Source: Antedon mediterranea (taxonomy: Eukaryota > Animalia > Echinodermata). From it: a stretch of DNA of 64,000 bases. The first letter of the stretch is position 1. Every line of letters begins with the position of its first letter. The translations under genes and the position numbers were made by a program. Shown here piece after piece: positions 35,394-48,217 of this stretch. Below the pieces are notes generated by a model, which was not told the origin of the DNA, did no database searches, and worked only from the letters and a program-made list of their open reading frames with translations. Location: the NCBI RefSeq assembly GCF_964355755.1, contig NC_092673.1, positions 8,308,001 through 8,372,000 of the forward strand, read 5' to 3'.

Positions 35394-35660
35394 GTGGTTC
35401 TGGGGCATTAGCATACGCCTTAGCCTCTGAATATCCAGACGCAACGGTAACAGTGTTTGACTTGGCTCCTGCTGTAGTAGAGGCGAAGAAAATAACACCA
35501 GACGAAAACGAAAGAAAAAATGTCAAATTTGTTGCTGGAGATTTCTTTCAAGATGAATTTCCTCCAGCTAAGTTGTATACTTTTGCAAGAATTATTCATA
35601 ATTGGGGATTGGAAAAAGTGCACAACCTGCTGAAAAAGACATTTAGATCTTTGAAATCTG
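35394..35660 (+). CDS. ASMT: ASMT-family exon 5
   Basis: GSGALA...YPDATVTVFDL...GDFFQDEFP..LY..ARIIHNW. Confidence 0.95.
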
Positions 35661-36089
35661 GTAATTGGCCAATGGCGTTTGAAATAGCATTAGACTAGCA
35701 TCATGTGACTGTGGGAGACAAGATGTGTCTTATATGCCTATTTATATTGGTTGTATTCTTACACAACATGCTTTACTATCGCTGCTGCATCCGTCGGGTG
35801 TGGCGTAAAGTCGTTGGTTGGGTCTAGTTTACATACAACGCAGTTATACGATAATATCGTACACAATCTAAGTAGGAATTATCTCGCGGTGTGCTGATAT
35901 GGAGGGCATACACCAGTATTTTGAATGAATTGTAATAAGGTTCAAAGTTCTGATTTGACCCAGATATCTGAATACAATTTTTGAAACGGGTTTATAATTT
36001 TCAAATCACTTTTACTATTATTTACAGCCACGATATGGCATATTGAACTGAACAGCTTTACGTTACCCACAAATTCATTTTTTCTACAG

Positions 36090-36310
36090 GTGGTGCTGTT
36101 TTGATAGCAGAACTTCTATTGAACGAGAATAAAACTGGCCCTCTAGAAACAGTATTCCTGGACATTAATATGATGGTTGAAGCGTCTGGAAGAGAAAGAA
36201 CTGAGACAGAGTACCGTCTATTATTGGAACAAAATGGATTTGTTGATTTCGAATGCAAATCTGTAGAAGGACACGGTGGTTTTCATACGATGATTGCTAA
36301 AAAACCATAA
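36090..36310 (+). CDS. ASMT: ASMT-family exon 6 (last)
   Basis: GGAVLIAELLLNENKTGPL...NMMVEASGRERTETEYRLLLEQNGF...stop; spliced CDS totals 1077 nt = 358 aa. Confidence 0.95.
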
Positions 36311-38282
36311 GCTATATGCCTATTATTGGTAAATATTCCGTACTAGGTGAAATCAGGCCAGTTATTTCTTTGCTATCCCGCCGCCTTATGACTTAAATTT
36401 AGGATTTCTTTCAATAATTATTACTAGGCCTATAGTGTTTGGTGAGAAAATAAAAATATTACATAAAAATAAACCATTAGGCCTATCTTTTTATATATGG
36501 CGACATCAATCTATATTATCTACGCTACACAAAATCTGATCAGAAAAAAGAATCGCATGGAAAGCTGTTGTTCCGAGGTTCATGCTTATAAATGTCAAAT
36601 TTGCTGTATCTACACATATGGCATCTTCAGTGTCGGAATCCCATACAGCATGATGACGTCTGTATCATATACAGTTAGGTTAAGGATGGTTAGTGTATTT
36701 AAGTACAGACTCTGTGTTTGACATGACATATGATGATGTATGACGGAATACTGGCAATTTCAAGAATCGGCTATTTTTTTATTATGTCTATTAATTCAAG
36801 TTGTGTATCAATTCGGATTAATCTGGTACGACATCAAAGTCATGACAACCAGCATTACGGAACATAACGGCAAATGAAGATTACAAATAATGTTTTCACC
36901 TATAAATTGTCAAAATAAACGGTTAAATTCAATCAAAACCCCATTAGCTGGCAGCCAATTTGATTTTTTTTTTGCTTTAAATTACAGTTTTATAGGTAAA
37001 TAATTATTGTTATTTTTGATCAAAGGGAATAACTATTATGTAACATTAAAATGGCATATTCAACAACAACATTAAACAAAATATTTTTCAGGGGGACAAT
37101 ACATTTTTTTTTTCTCTCTTTTGTGGCGTTAACCACTATTTATTCATTTCATCTTCAACAGATTAATACAATTATTTCTAATAATAATAATAACTATTTC
37201 ATTGTTATTCTCACTTTTGTTTGGTTTATATATATATATATTTAACATTGTGATTTTATCAATGTTACTGTTCTTAGAATCAGAACATTAATATTTCTTT
37301 TCTGTTATCCACCTTTTTTCATAATTTTCTAATATTTTTTTTTGTTTTATAATTCGCAACATCTAAAATTATAAACACTTACCTTTTTTTTTCAATTCAT
37401 TCAGCCTTATCGCCTGACTTTATTTACTTTAGACCTCTGGCCCCTAGTTATTAACAACATAATAATTACATTGAAATATAAAGCAATTTATGGTGACAAG
37501 ATAAATGAATTAATTAATTTCGTTCTCTAAGCAAAACATATATCTTAACTTATAAGCATGATAAATATATTTAGATAGATTATCAATAATTATTGGATCC
37601 TGGGATGACATTAAACGACAGAATTTAAAAGTATTTGGATTTTCAAAAAATAAAGAAGGTATACATTTTTTTCTGATTTCCTTGTAACGAGAGCAAAAAC
37701 TAATAAATGTACTGTAGAAGATACATTTACTAATGTTAAATAATTATTTTCGGTATGTATTTTTTTTTATGTATAATTCATTTATACCCTATATACAGAC
37801 TATATACATTATTTTAAAATACAAATATAAAAAATAAACAAAAATATTAAAAAATGCTTTTCTTACTCCTGTGTCTAGTTCTATGTCTCATGGTTATATT
37901 TGTTTGCTTATCTTCTCGTGCGTTACTTATGTTGCGTTACGTTTCTTTTTTGTTTTCAATATTAATTTATACAATTTTTTTAATTCATACTTCTCATACA
38001 TATAAGACAAAATGAAACTGCCTGTGGGTATTATACAACAATATTATGTAAATATCTGTATATTTATACCTGTAGTGCTGTACATAACTATTCTCATGCA
38101 TACATATATATTTTAAATAATCAGATCCACATAAATATAAATTATAACAGGCGGTTAAGGTAAGATCTATTTTTCTTCCGCCATGAAAAGACGAGACAGT
38201 GATCCGGTCCATTTGTTTACATTTTTCAAAGTATGTGCTTTGTAAACGCAGAAGCATCCAATAGAGAACATGTTGTGTAGGC

Positions 38283-38620
38283 CTATGGTGTAAACGTAAA
38301 ATAATCCCATAAGGGTTTTACTTCAGTGCATTCATAAAAGAAATGGGCATCATCCTCTACTATGTTGCATTGTAGGCAAGTATCTGTGTTACTTATTTTC
38401 CACTTTAAGAGCCTTCTTTTGGTAGGTGTTATACAATGCAGTAGTTTGATGTTCAACTGTTTAAGTTTATTATCTTTAATATTTTTAATTTTTCTTTTCC
38501 ATGTTAGAGACCAATCGTTCTCTATGTTAAAATATGTTTCCCACTTTGTTTTACTTTTGGATGGTTCTAGACATTTTTCCATAATAAAGAAAGAACATAT
38601 TTGTTTGCTACTCATGTTCA
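38283..38620 (-). mobile_element. L1/Tx1-type ORF2 C-terminal zinc-binding (zf-RVT) remnant
   Basis: W..YF...W...W...KLKQLNIKLLH...TKRRLLKWKI...C.QC...ED..HFFYEC..VK.LW. Confidence 0.75.
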
Positions 38621-38739
38621 AACATCGAACATGTGTTGTTTTTGAGTGCTTTTTGTTTTTTTCCTCTTTTTATCCCTATCTTTAAGATTAATTGTCTTAG
38701 TTCCTGAAAATAATAATCTATATATGAATTTACGTAAGG

Positions 38740-39090
38740 GCAAAATTCGGTAAATCGTGCGTTACTTCTAGAATGTTTACTCGATGGCATTATAAAGTTG
38801 GTTCGTACTTTCGGTACTGATTTTAACCACCTGATTTAACCCTGTAGTGTTTACCAATTAAATTGAGTTAGATAATTAGTTATTGACAATTTATGTTTAA
38901 CTGTTTTGCCTCAAATAGAGTTGTTTTCTGTTCGTGGTATACACTGTCTAATGGATGTCCATCATCAAATACCTGCACACAATAATACAAGGATGCTTCG
39001 CATTTACCGTTCTCCTTTTACGATAATTGTTTTTAATAGCTGAAAACCGGGTGAACAGCTCGAGTACAGCATAATAATGTTGAAGATAGT
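38740..39090. repeat. Dispersed repeat, second copy at ~61480-61830
   Basis: Shared blocks GGTAAATCG..., GGTACTGATTTTAACCACCT, CGTGGTATACACTGTCTAATGGATGTCCAT, TTTTAATAGCTGAAAACCGG. Confidence 0.75.
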
Positions 39091-39219
39091 CTGATTTTTT
39101 TTACAACAAGGCCATATACATGGCTGCAGTCGCGTGTTCAAATTTGAGTTAGTGTTTACCGACCGACTAACTGACCGACCAACCATCCGACCAACATAGT
39201 GAGCTGTAGAGTAGAGTAA

Positions 39220-39870
39220 TTTAAGTTTATTTAAAATGCCAATAGTTTTGGAAATCTTATTTGAAATATAATCACCATGGCTATTCCAATTTAGATGTTC
39301 ATTAATAATTATACCAAGGAAGTTGAAATTATGAACCCGCTGAATCTTAACATTGTCAATTTCTATATCTAACGTACGGTATCAACACGACGTTTACTCA
39401 TATGAAATATCATATACTTCGACTTCAACACATTTAATGATAATTTATTTAATTTAAGCCATTCACTAACTTTATCAAGTTCAATGTTGAGAATGTTGTT
39501 AATTGGATTACATGTCCTGAGGGTGCTTCAAAGTGTCTGCATATATTATAGTTTTAAAAATAGTGCTAACGTTTGCGATATCGTTTATGTATATGATAAA
39601 CAAAAGCGGACCCAGTATTGATCCTTGTGGAACACCTGTAGTTATCTGTAAAATGTCCACATATTGTTTACGATTAGTTAAATAATCCTTAATAAGATTA
39701 AGTGAATTCGAGTGAAGGCCATAATGATTCAATTTGTGCAACATTATTTTGTGATCTATTGTATCAAATGCTTTTTATAGGTCCAAATATATATTAATAG
39801 GTATTTCATAATTGTCCATGTGTTGAGTAACTTTATCTACAAGCTCAAGTGCAGTAAATTCCGTAGTGAG
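39220..39870 (-). mobile_element. CR1-group LINE reverse transcriptase fragment
   Basis: KAFDTIDH..L..KLNHYG...YLTNRKQYV...GVPQGSILGPLLFIIYIND...YADT; FLGIII..HLNW. Confidence 0.85.
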
Positions 39871-41097
39871 GTGGTTTCCCGATTAATCGTACGATCAAAA
39901 CGGTACTGGGTATGATCAACTAGCGTTCGTGTTCCCACCTAATCATCCATTCATAGAAGTACTGTTGAAGATATCAATCTGTGGCGACAATAGAATGGAC
40001 CCGAGACCTGGCTATCTTCGACTTTTAAATAATAGAAAGTTTAGAAAAAGTTTTTGTTAGACTAGAAATGTACGTTGTATGTATATAGAAAAATGGTTGT
40101 AATTTTCAAAATTACGTTGTATAAGTTGCGATGTGAAAAACTGTTATTTGATCGTTAGTTGTCGTGTACATAAAGCAAAAATATAAATACTGTATAATAA
40201 AATAAAATAAAAATCGTTAGTAAAACTTTTAAAAAGAGTAAAGATATAAGGAAGAAAAAAAAATATTTAGTTTTTTTTTTTAATGACTATATATCACACA
40301 CATTATCTTTTAATGGTTTTCAAATGAATACTCGGACAAGGGGATTTGGTCATTACATAGGATAGTTTTATTGTTTAGAATAAGAAACTATTTATACTGG
40401 ATTAATCTGTTGGTCGCAATAAAAGATTGTTCACTTCATATGTCATTACTATTTTGGGCAGTAGTTTTTCCTCTAGTAAATTACTTTTGTTGGTCACCAT
40501 TGACTCTATTGAAAAGACATAATTATAAATAATGATTTATTAATGAATGGTTAAACATGTATTGTACACTTCCTTTCTTCCTCCAAGAATGATTTCAGTT
40601 ATAAAATGACAAAATAAACTTTTAAACCCAACCAAAGACCTATTGGCTGGCAGCCAGTTAGATTTTTTGCTTCAAATTACAGTTTTTTTAGTTAAATAAT
40701 TTTTGTTTCGGTCCAATTTTTGGCCAAAGTGAATAAATATTAAGCGACATTTAAAATGGCATATTCAAAAAAAAAACAAAAACATTTTTAGGGGGACAAT
40801 CCACCTTTAATGGAATGTTATTGTTATTTTTTATATTTTTATCGATAGTGTTTGGATTTCGTTTACCCATGGAGGACATTTTTTTTCTCCATGGTTTGCC
40901 CAATATTTGTTTTTAAGTCTTGAAATGAATACGATTTAACCAAAACACTAAAGTCAACGAATAGAAAAAAGCAATGCTTGGAATGTTTGTGTTAACTTTA
41001 AATGATTATGTCTCTTCCTTTTTTAAGGAAGAATCAGGAATCAATCCTGGTGGCTACGCATAGAGATAATCAAAACTTTTTTGCAGAACTAGGCCGT

Positions 41098-41190
41098 ATC
41101 TGGACAACTACCCCCTGGACAATTACCACCCGGACAACTACCACCCGGACAATTACCCCCTAGTCCAACTGCTATGCCCCTAGGACAACA
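41098..41190. repeat. Short tandem GGACAA(C/T)TACC(A/C)CC repeats, MITE subterminal array
   Basis: 15-bp period, 4 clear copies plus degenerate ones. Confidence 0.65.
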
Positions 41191-42697
41191 ACACCCTCCT
41201 AAAAACAAAAAACATATATTGCCATGACATAAAGAAGCAGCTCAAATCAAATAATTAATATTGCAGGCCTGCAACCATGTCCTGACAAATATTTGAAAAT
41301 GAATTTTTGAAAGTTTTATAATTTTGCCTTAACCATTTATTTTATTTAAGGTCAGCATATAACATTTTAACAGTCTGATTTGATTAATTGCAGTATTATA
41401 ATTATATATAACTTTACTGATCAAATAATTTAATTACATTAGGCCTACTTGTAAATACGGTAAAACCATCGATCTCATATTTTGGACAAATTTGCTATTT
41501 ATTTGGTAACTTCCTAATTAATACGCATATTAAAATGTTTTTTTTTTTTTTTTTTTTATCTTTTGTGGTAGCCACCACCTTTATTCATCATTCAATCTTT
41601 CATAAATGTATTACAATTGTTGTATATACTCTCATTTCATATAGTATATAGGCCCTAATACATTTCTATTAATAGATGTTATTTTCAATAAATCCATCCT
41701 ATACTTAACATCTAATATTCAATTAACAATGTTTGTTTTTTCTTCTGATTAGAACAATATTAAATATTAAAATGTTGAATTTTGACCTTGGATGTCAACT
41801 GATAAAAAATGCTCTTTTCATGATGTGTATGATTGATTATTTGGTTTTATATGCAAGTTCTATGATTGGGCAATATTGACATTTGACCCTTAATCGCGAA
41901 GGATTTTTTTCATAGAATAGATATCTATAATCATAATAATGTAATAAAATAAAAAACTGTAACCCTTTATATATCGAAAACGCTTTATATCCTGATCGAT
42001 TACCTTCTAGATTCGTAATCTACGGACAATTCTGGTTTAGAAAAGTTGGATGGCATTTTGTTCCCCGTCGGGTGGAGAATACACTCCACGGGTAATGCCC
42101 CTTCCCCTCCGGATAATTAGGTAAATTTTGAATTTGGTTAATTTTGCGGGTAAAGTCATATGGTCTAAGTAAAACATTCACATATTCAGAAGTTTTCTTT
42201 GTAGCATGCAGTGCCATTAATAATGGATTTTTGGTAAAAAAATAAAATCTGCCTGGATCTGGATTGACCTGTGACCAAATGAGGTCCAATCTCGATAAGT
42301 GTTTTTTTCAACCAGCAATAGGGACTCCTCTTCATTTGATGTCCATATGGACAGTGGCAGAATTCCTTCATCAGCGGATTTAATGAAAATTTATGTTATT
42401 ACGCATGACGCCATAAATTAGCTGGGCAACGGTTTTAGGTGGATTCATTCCACTCTAACTTTTCGGCTTAAATTTGTTAACGTTGCTATTGTTTTGCGTG
42501 CTGTCTGTCTGAATCAGCGAAAAACAGATTTTTCTTACTCCATGGTTTTCTATTCTTAGTAGTGTATCAAACAACAAATTTCCAATTTCATTACAGTGTT
42601 TATGAAACAGTGTAAGTTTGCGTCACTGGGAAACGTACCGAGAACAAAACAAAAACCATGCGTAACAAAGATCTTATATAAGATCTTTGATGCGTAC

Positions 42698-45564
42698 CAA
42701 AGATCTTATACACTAAAGATAGGACACTTCCCGCGTTTACGCGTAACACTTTAGAAGCGTCAAATTATATTCCCCCCCCCCCCCCCGTCGCTTAAACGAG
42801 TAACGAACTTTTGCGTGACGATCGCAGTATTCTTAAGAAAATGGGATTGAGGAGTCGCGACAAAGTTTGTATGGTTAAGAAACAATGAATGAAAAGAGAA
42901 AAAGTGGAGGGATATACTGTGCTGCAATTAATTGTAAAAGCAATTCAAAGGCCAACCCAGAACTTAAGTTTTACAATTTTCCCAAAGACAAGATCAGATT
43001 TTTATGTAATTAAATAAGTAGCCTAGGCCTAGTACATCTTAACATAAGCTATGACTATGTAGGCCTAGGGACTAGCCTAATCTTACTTTACTTTGTTTTA
43101 CTATTCAATTTATACATAGGCTAGGCTAGGCCTAGGCTATATTAATAAACTAGGCTAGGTAGGCCTATTATTAATAATTATTATTTAAACGTATGAAATG
43201 ATTATTATTATCATTATTAGGCTACTAGGTCTAGGCTAGGCCTACTAGGCCTAGGCTAGTACATTAGTTATATAACAGTGAAATTACACTAATTTCACTG
43301 TTCCCTGGTTATATATTAGTATTACTTATCCTTTAACATTTAGTACCCTTAACAAACAATTTTTAAAACTTTCAATTCAAGAAACATTTATTGACCAAAT
43401 ATATATCATTACAATTGTTGGCATATAAGTAAAAATTTGGTCGAAAGACTAAAAGAAGCCCAATTGGCATGTCGCTGTAGGCCTAGGCCTAGTCCCTCTT
43501 TTTACATTATACAAATAATAATAATAATAATAATACTTAATATAAACAAATTGTGATCTTGATTATTTCATGCTTTCCGTCTCATGGTTAATATTTGCTT
43601 TCTGTCTCATGGTTATTTTATTTCGTTTAATTTAACTAGCCGTTACATACATTACAGTATATTACTTATCCGTTGAGTAGCCCTAACAAACAATTTTTAA
43701 TTGAATCTTATACTTAATATTTATGAAATTCAACCGTTAGTTAGTTAGTGGTTTTAGGTTAGGCTTAAGTATTTGATTTTAGGCCCTAACCAATTTGAAA
43801 ATCAATTAGCATGCACATAGACGTCCTATAATTACGTAAACGTTAATTATGATAAAGCAAAAACTCACTAGACAATTATTAATTTACAGGTGTGCAAAAT
43901 GGACCCAGAACACATGACGCGCGGATTTGAGAAGGAAACCAAGTTCCTATTTACACCGTAATTGCCACTTGTGCAATATTCATTTCGAAGAATCTCAAAT
44001 ACTGATTAATCAACAATTACGCCTTTAAGTTTATACTCACAGGCAGACTAAATCAAGATTGCCTTGAGAACTTATTTTCTATTGTCAGAGGGAGAGGGGG
44101 TCATCGGTATTACCCGATGGCAGATGAATTTAGAGCCTCCCTGAAGGAAGTTATGCGCAACAGGATGTTAATTCCGTCAGGGAATTCGAATTGCCTAGAA
44201 GACACTGATCGACAGCTAGATGGAATTGATGCAATAATGATGGCCCAATCATCATCATCATCATTGCATCATGTTGCCCATCAAGAAGACAACGATGCCA
44301 CCACTGACGACGACTGCTGCTTAGAAGACTTTGAGATGACTCAGCTAAATACTTTAGTATATGTAGCCGGTTACGTCGTCAAGAAAGCAAGTGTAAAGCA
44401 CAATTGCGATATCTGTAACAGTGCGATGCGAGAAACCAATCGAAAACTGGAAGACCCAAAGCAGCTAGTTCCTAACACATTTTATGAAGTTGAATGTTTG
44501 TTCACCAGCAATTGAAACATTGCTAATTGAAACGTACGTAAACCTACGCATATTCTATGCTGTTAAATTCTTCAACAGAGACATAATCAGTGATAAGAAG
44601 AAGAGTGAAAAATTAATTAAAGTATCACATTTATGAGGTTATGCCATAAAGTTGTAGGAGGTCTGTACGCGCCTCGGTCTGTGCATTATCGGCTAGAAAT
44701 GATGATCATTACGACGGTCTGGTATGATGATTGAATAATTGTAAATATGATGATTTTATTTCAATGTTTCTACATTTTTTATATTTCCTCTGGGTGGCCC
44801 GTGCATCATTTTGCAATAGTTATTGAGTTAATTTTAAACTGAGACTACTATAACATAACTAATTGCTATCTCAGGTTTTAAATAATTTATAATAACAAAT
44901 GAATGTCATGGCGAATGATGGGTACATAATGCAGTAGTCCTAGTATGAATTGTACCAGAATTGACTATCATAATCTGTTTCATGTCATGACTGTAGGCTT
45001 AAGCCTATGATTGTTTATAAATATATTCCTAAAAATTACTGCAATAAAAATAATAGTCGAAGTAGTGATTTTCAAAAAGTGACTTCTTGTTCTTTTTTAA
45101 TTGTTTATAACACACTATTTGACTACTATATTTTCCTAATCTGTACTGTTTTGCTGGTGGATGAAAAGGAAGAACATATCAAGAACAAAAACGGAATACG
45201 ATGCGCTTAGTGTTGTTAATACCAGAGGGACCGACTCGCATAAATAAGTAGGTAGTGATGTGAGTGATGATTACTCCTAGATGATGATTTTGAGGATGAT
45301 GATAAACATTCAATAATAACAACAATATTCAGTAATTAAAACAAATAGAGATATACAAAGTACAGGAAATAATTTATTATAATTTAATCGCACATTACCG
45401 CAACTATTGTGAAGAAAAAAGTTGAGTATTCAGTTACAATACAGTAGACATATCTGATCCATAAATCTACTCGTTTGAGCGAGAGGGCGCCCTATAAAAT
45501 GAGCTCCATGTGTGTTACATAAACCGCACGTAAAATTCCGAGAGTGTCCTTAAGAAGATCTTTG
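42698..45564 (+). mobile_element. P-element superfamily (THAP9-like) transposon, internally deleted
   Basis: TIR CAAAGATCTT / AAGATCTTTG; 8-bp TSD ATGCGTAC (42690-42697, 45565-45572); split THAP domain (YCAA.NC...FYNFPKD at ~42915-42997; W....R.DL...LCNIHFE at ~43890-43995); transposase C-terminus LTGRLNQDCLENLFSIVRGRGG and LVYVAGYV. Confidence 0.9.
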
Positions 45565-45613
45565 ATGCGTACCTACCACCTCTAGAGAGGGCGTAACAAA
45601 TTAAAAACTTAAC

Positions 45614-45786
45614 ATGGCGTCAAATGAAAACAACACGGTTTATCAGGGAAATGAACCTGAAGATTCTAATAATATGCATTGTCAAGGGATGATAAACAAA
45701 GATAAGAGAGACGCTATGGCAGAAGGTCTTTTAGATTTACTGAGACCAGCTGTTGAGGAAGTTGACTTAAGAGTAAAATCTGTAAG
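45614..45786 (+). CDS. SNAPIN: SNAPIN (BLOC-1/BORC subunit) exon 1
   Basis: M...RDAMAEGLLDLLRPAVEEVDLRVKSVR then GT. Confidence 0.92.
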
Positions 45787-46576
45787 GTAGGCTAGGCCTA
45801 GCTAGGAGGCCCACGGGTTAATAATACAATAAATAGGCCTAGCTAGGCTAGGCTAAACTCAATTCAGTCGTCAGCACACGCAGCGAGGACGGCCTGTATG
45901 ATGCGGGCGGCCCTTTGTTGGGTAGAGCCTAGGCCTATACCTGGTGAGTCCTGGCTATGCGAGCCCTGGTATTAGTGATCCTAGTCTTATCCTATACTAT
46001 GCTATGCTTGGCAGAAAGTCCTTTCCTTACCGAGTTCAACTTTAACGATTGAAGATTTTTACGATTTTAAACGTGCGTATATTTTACCCCTTTTCTTTTC
46101 CTGTCAAATCCTTGAATCTGTCAACTCAACGCAACTTAACGATCGACAGGAAAATAGGCTATAATAGCAAAGTATTTTTTTGTTCTTCCTTGCAATAACT
46201 ATGCACTTTGCAGTACTGGTACTAGAGTTGACTCAAGTCTGTAGTGTTATTGTCTTTTTGGACCGACTTGACTTGACTTGGGGCCGACTTGACATAGGGC
46301 CTCCTGGACTTTGGTCTAGACGGTTTAGGGCAGACTTGGATTGAATTCATTCAATTTTTACCTGTCTTTACAAAGGTGGACATTCTGTTCAAATCGTACC
46401 CATACAAAAAAAAATGCTCTTCTGTACAGGCAAGTCATTGAGAGTTGACTTGTGATGATACTGTTGTTAAAATATAACAATTTTAGCATAGTTAATTTTT
46501 ATATTGTATTTTTTTTATTGTGTAGCAGTGTGGTAGTTATCATTGTTATTTCCTAAACCTGTATATTTTTTTTCAG

Positions 46577-46623
46577 AGAAAGCCAAGTAGAATTACGTCA
46601 ACACATAGATGATCTTGATGAAG
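46577..46623 (+). CDS. SNAPIN: SNAPIN exon 2
   Basis: ESQVELRQHIDDLDE; AG/GT, phases consistent. Confidence 0.93.
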
Positions 46624-47058
46624 GTATCTATTTTACAGTAAATTATCACCTCTTGCTTGATTTTAATTTTAATTTCAAATACTGTAACTGTCCTACATTT
46701 TGTTCATAAATTTCGATAAAATGACGACCCTATACAAATAATTACAGTATGCCTACTATTGACGCTATTCTGGCCTTAGCCCATGTACTCGTTTACCGCA
46801 GCACTAGAAAAAGGTAATTATATCATAAAATGTTCACTGGTGTGTCAACATACATCTTAACAACATCCACTTAAATTAAATCGGAACATATACCTGTGGA
46901 CAAGAACTAGTCGACTACCACCATGAGGAGGTGAATGTATTGCACGTTAATCAAGAAGTCCCTAGTGTTTGCTACTGTACCACATTATGACTCTCTTTTT
47001 TACTGTAGTCCCTAGTGTTTGCTACTCTACCACATTATGACTCTCTTTTTTACTGTAG

Positions 47059-47177
47059 TGTTAAAAAAGCTTGCAACAGAAAAAGAAGCACCAATAGAAC
47101 TTGATGGTTATGTTAAGAAACTTACAAATTGTAAACGCAAGATTACAGTCATAAATAGCATTTTACATAACGCTCAG
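47059..47177 (+). CDS. SNAPIN: SNAPIN exon 3
   Basis: VLKKLATEKEAPIELDGYVKKLTNCKRKITVINSILHNAQ. Confidence 0.95.
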
Positions 47178-47790
47178 GTATGTATATTCTGGACATTATC
47201 AGTACCTTTAATTTTAAACAAAATGTCTTGTATGGTAAAGGAATAGGAGGAGCCCTTGTTTGCTCTTGACTTTTCTAGTGTGCTGAACTCAGACTGACAC
47301 TAGTGCTCTTGTCATTGGTTCTTGGTTCTTTTTTTTATGAATTCACACAGTTTCAATTCTGTTTTAATTGAATGGATAGATTTAACAGGAAAGAAGAATT
47401 GTCTTTCAGGGCCGCAGCCAGCATGAGGCGCTCATCTAAAAGTAATTTTATGTAACAACTTGGCAAGGATGTTTATCTCTTCTTAACAATGGCCGTTTAA
47501 AAAAATTTCCATTGTTCTTAAAAGAAATCACTTGGTAAAACATTTGAGGGGTTTTCCCCAAAGGAAGAAGTTAGGATATTAATCAGATGCTTCCTTCTGT
47601 TTAGGAAATATTGCTAAACCTCTCGTTTTCTTATTACTAAAGTAATAAAATACTGCAAAGAGAAAACTTTTGATTCTAATGAATAATTTAAATTAAATAG
47701 TAAACATGTTGGTATGACCACAAAGTGTACTTTAATTAAATATAATTCATCTTAGATAACTGACAAAATTACACTGTATTGCTTATGCAG

Positions 47791-47883
47791 GATCGTCTTA
47801 GTCGTCTTCACTACAATATTTCTAAAGAGAAAGCCAAGAAAAAAGCACAGCTAGAACCTCCAACATTATGGCCTCAACTCTGA
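47791..47883 (+). CDS. SNAPIN: SNAPIN terminal exon 4a (143-aa isoform)
   Basis: AG then DRLSRLHYNISKEKAKKKAQLEPPTLWPQL stop; phase 0. Confidence 0.88.
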   Translation, partial: DRLSRLHYNISKEKAKKKAQLEPPTLWPQL

Positions 47884-47907
47884 AAGTTGGTTTATACTGT
47901 ATTATAA

Positions 47908-48217
47908 AGATGTATTGTTCCCCCAAAAACATGACAAAATGAAGATTATACAAATTAGGCTAAATAGAATAGGCCATTTGCAATTTTTTGTTCACTTCCA
48001 ATTCCATGGAAAAAAAATATTTCACTTATAAAAAGACAAAATAAGTGTTTAAATTTAACTTCATTGGCTGACAAACAATTGTCATACATTTTTTTTCAGG
48101 TAAATATTTTTTTAAATCAAAATTGAGTCATCAAAGTGATTAAATATTATGTGACATTAGAATGGCATATTCTGCAAAAACATTTGTAAAATTATTTTTC
48201 CAGGGGACAGTATATCT
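47908..48217. mobile_element. TTAA-flanked MITE family copy, just after the exon 4a stop
   Basis: AGATGTATTGTTCCCCCAAAAACATG...GGGGACAGTATATCT followed by TTAA. Confidence 0.75.

Noticed and set aside
42020-42371. Overlapping minus-strand ORFs, possibly decayed transposon coding sequence
   Set aside because: Could not assign any family motif.
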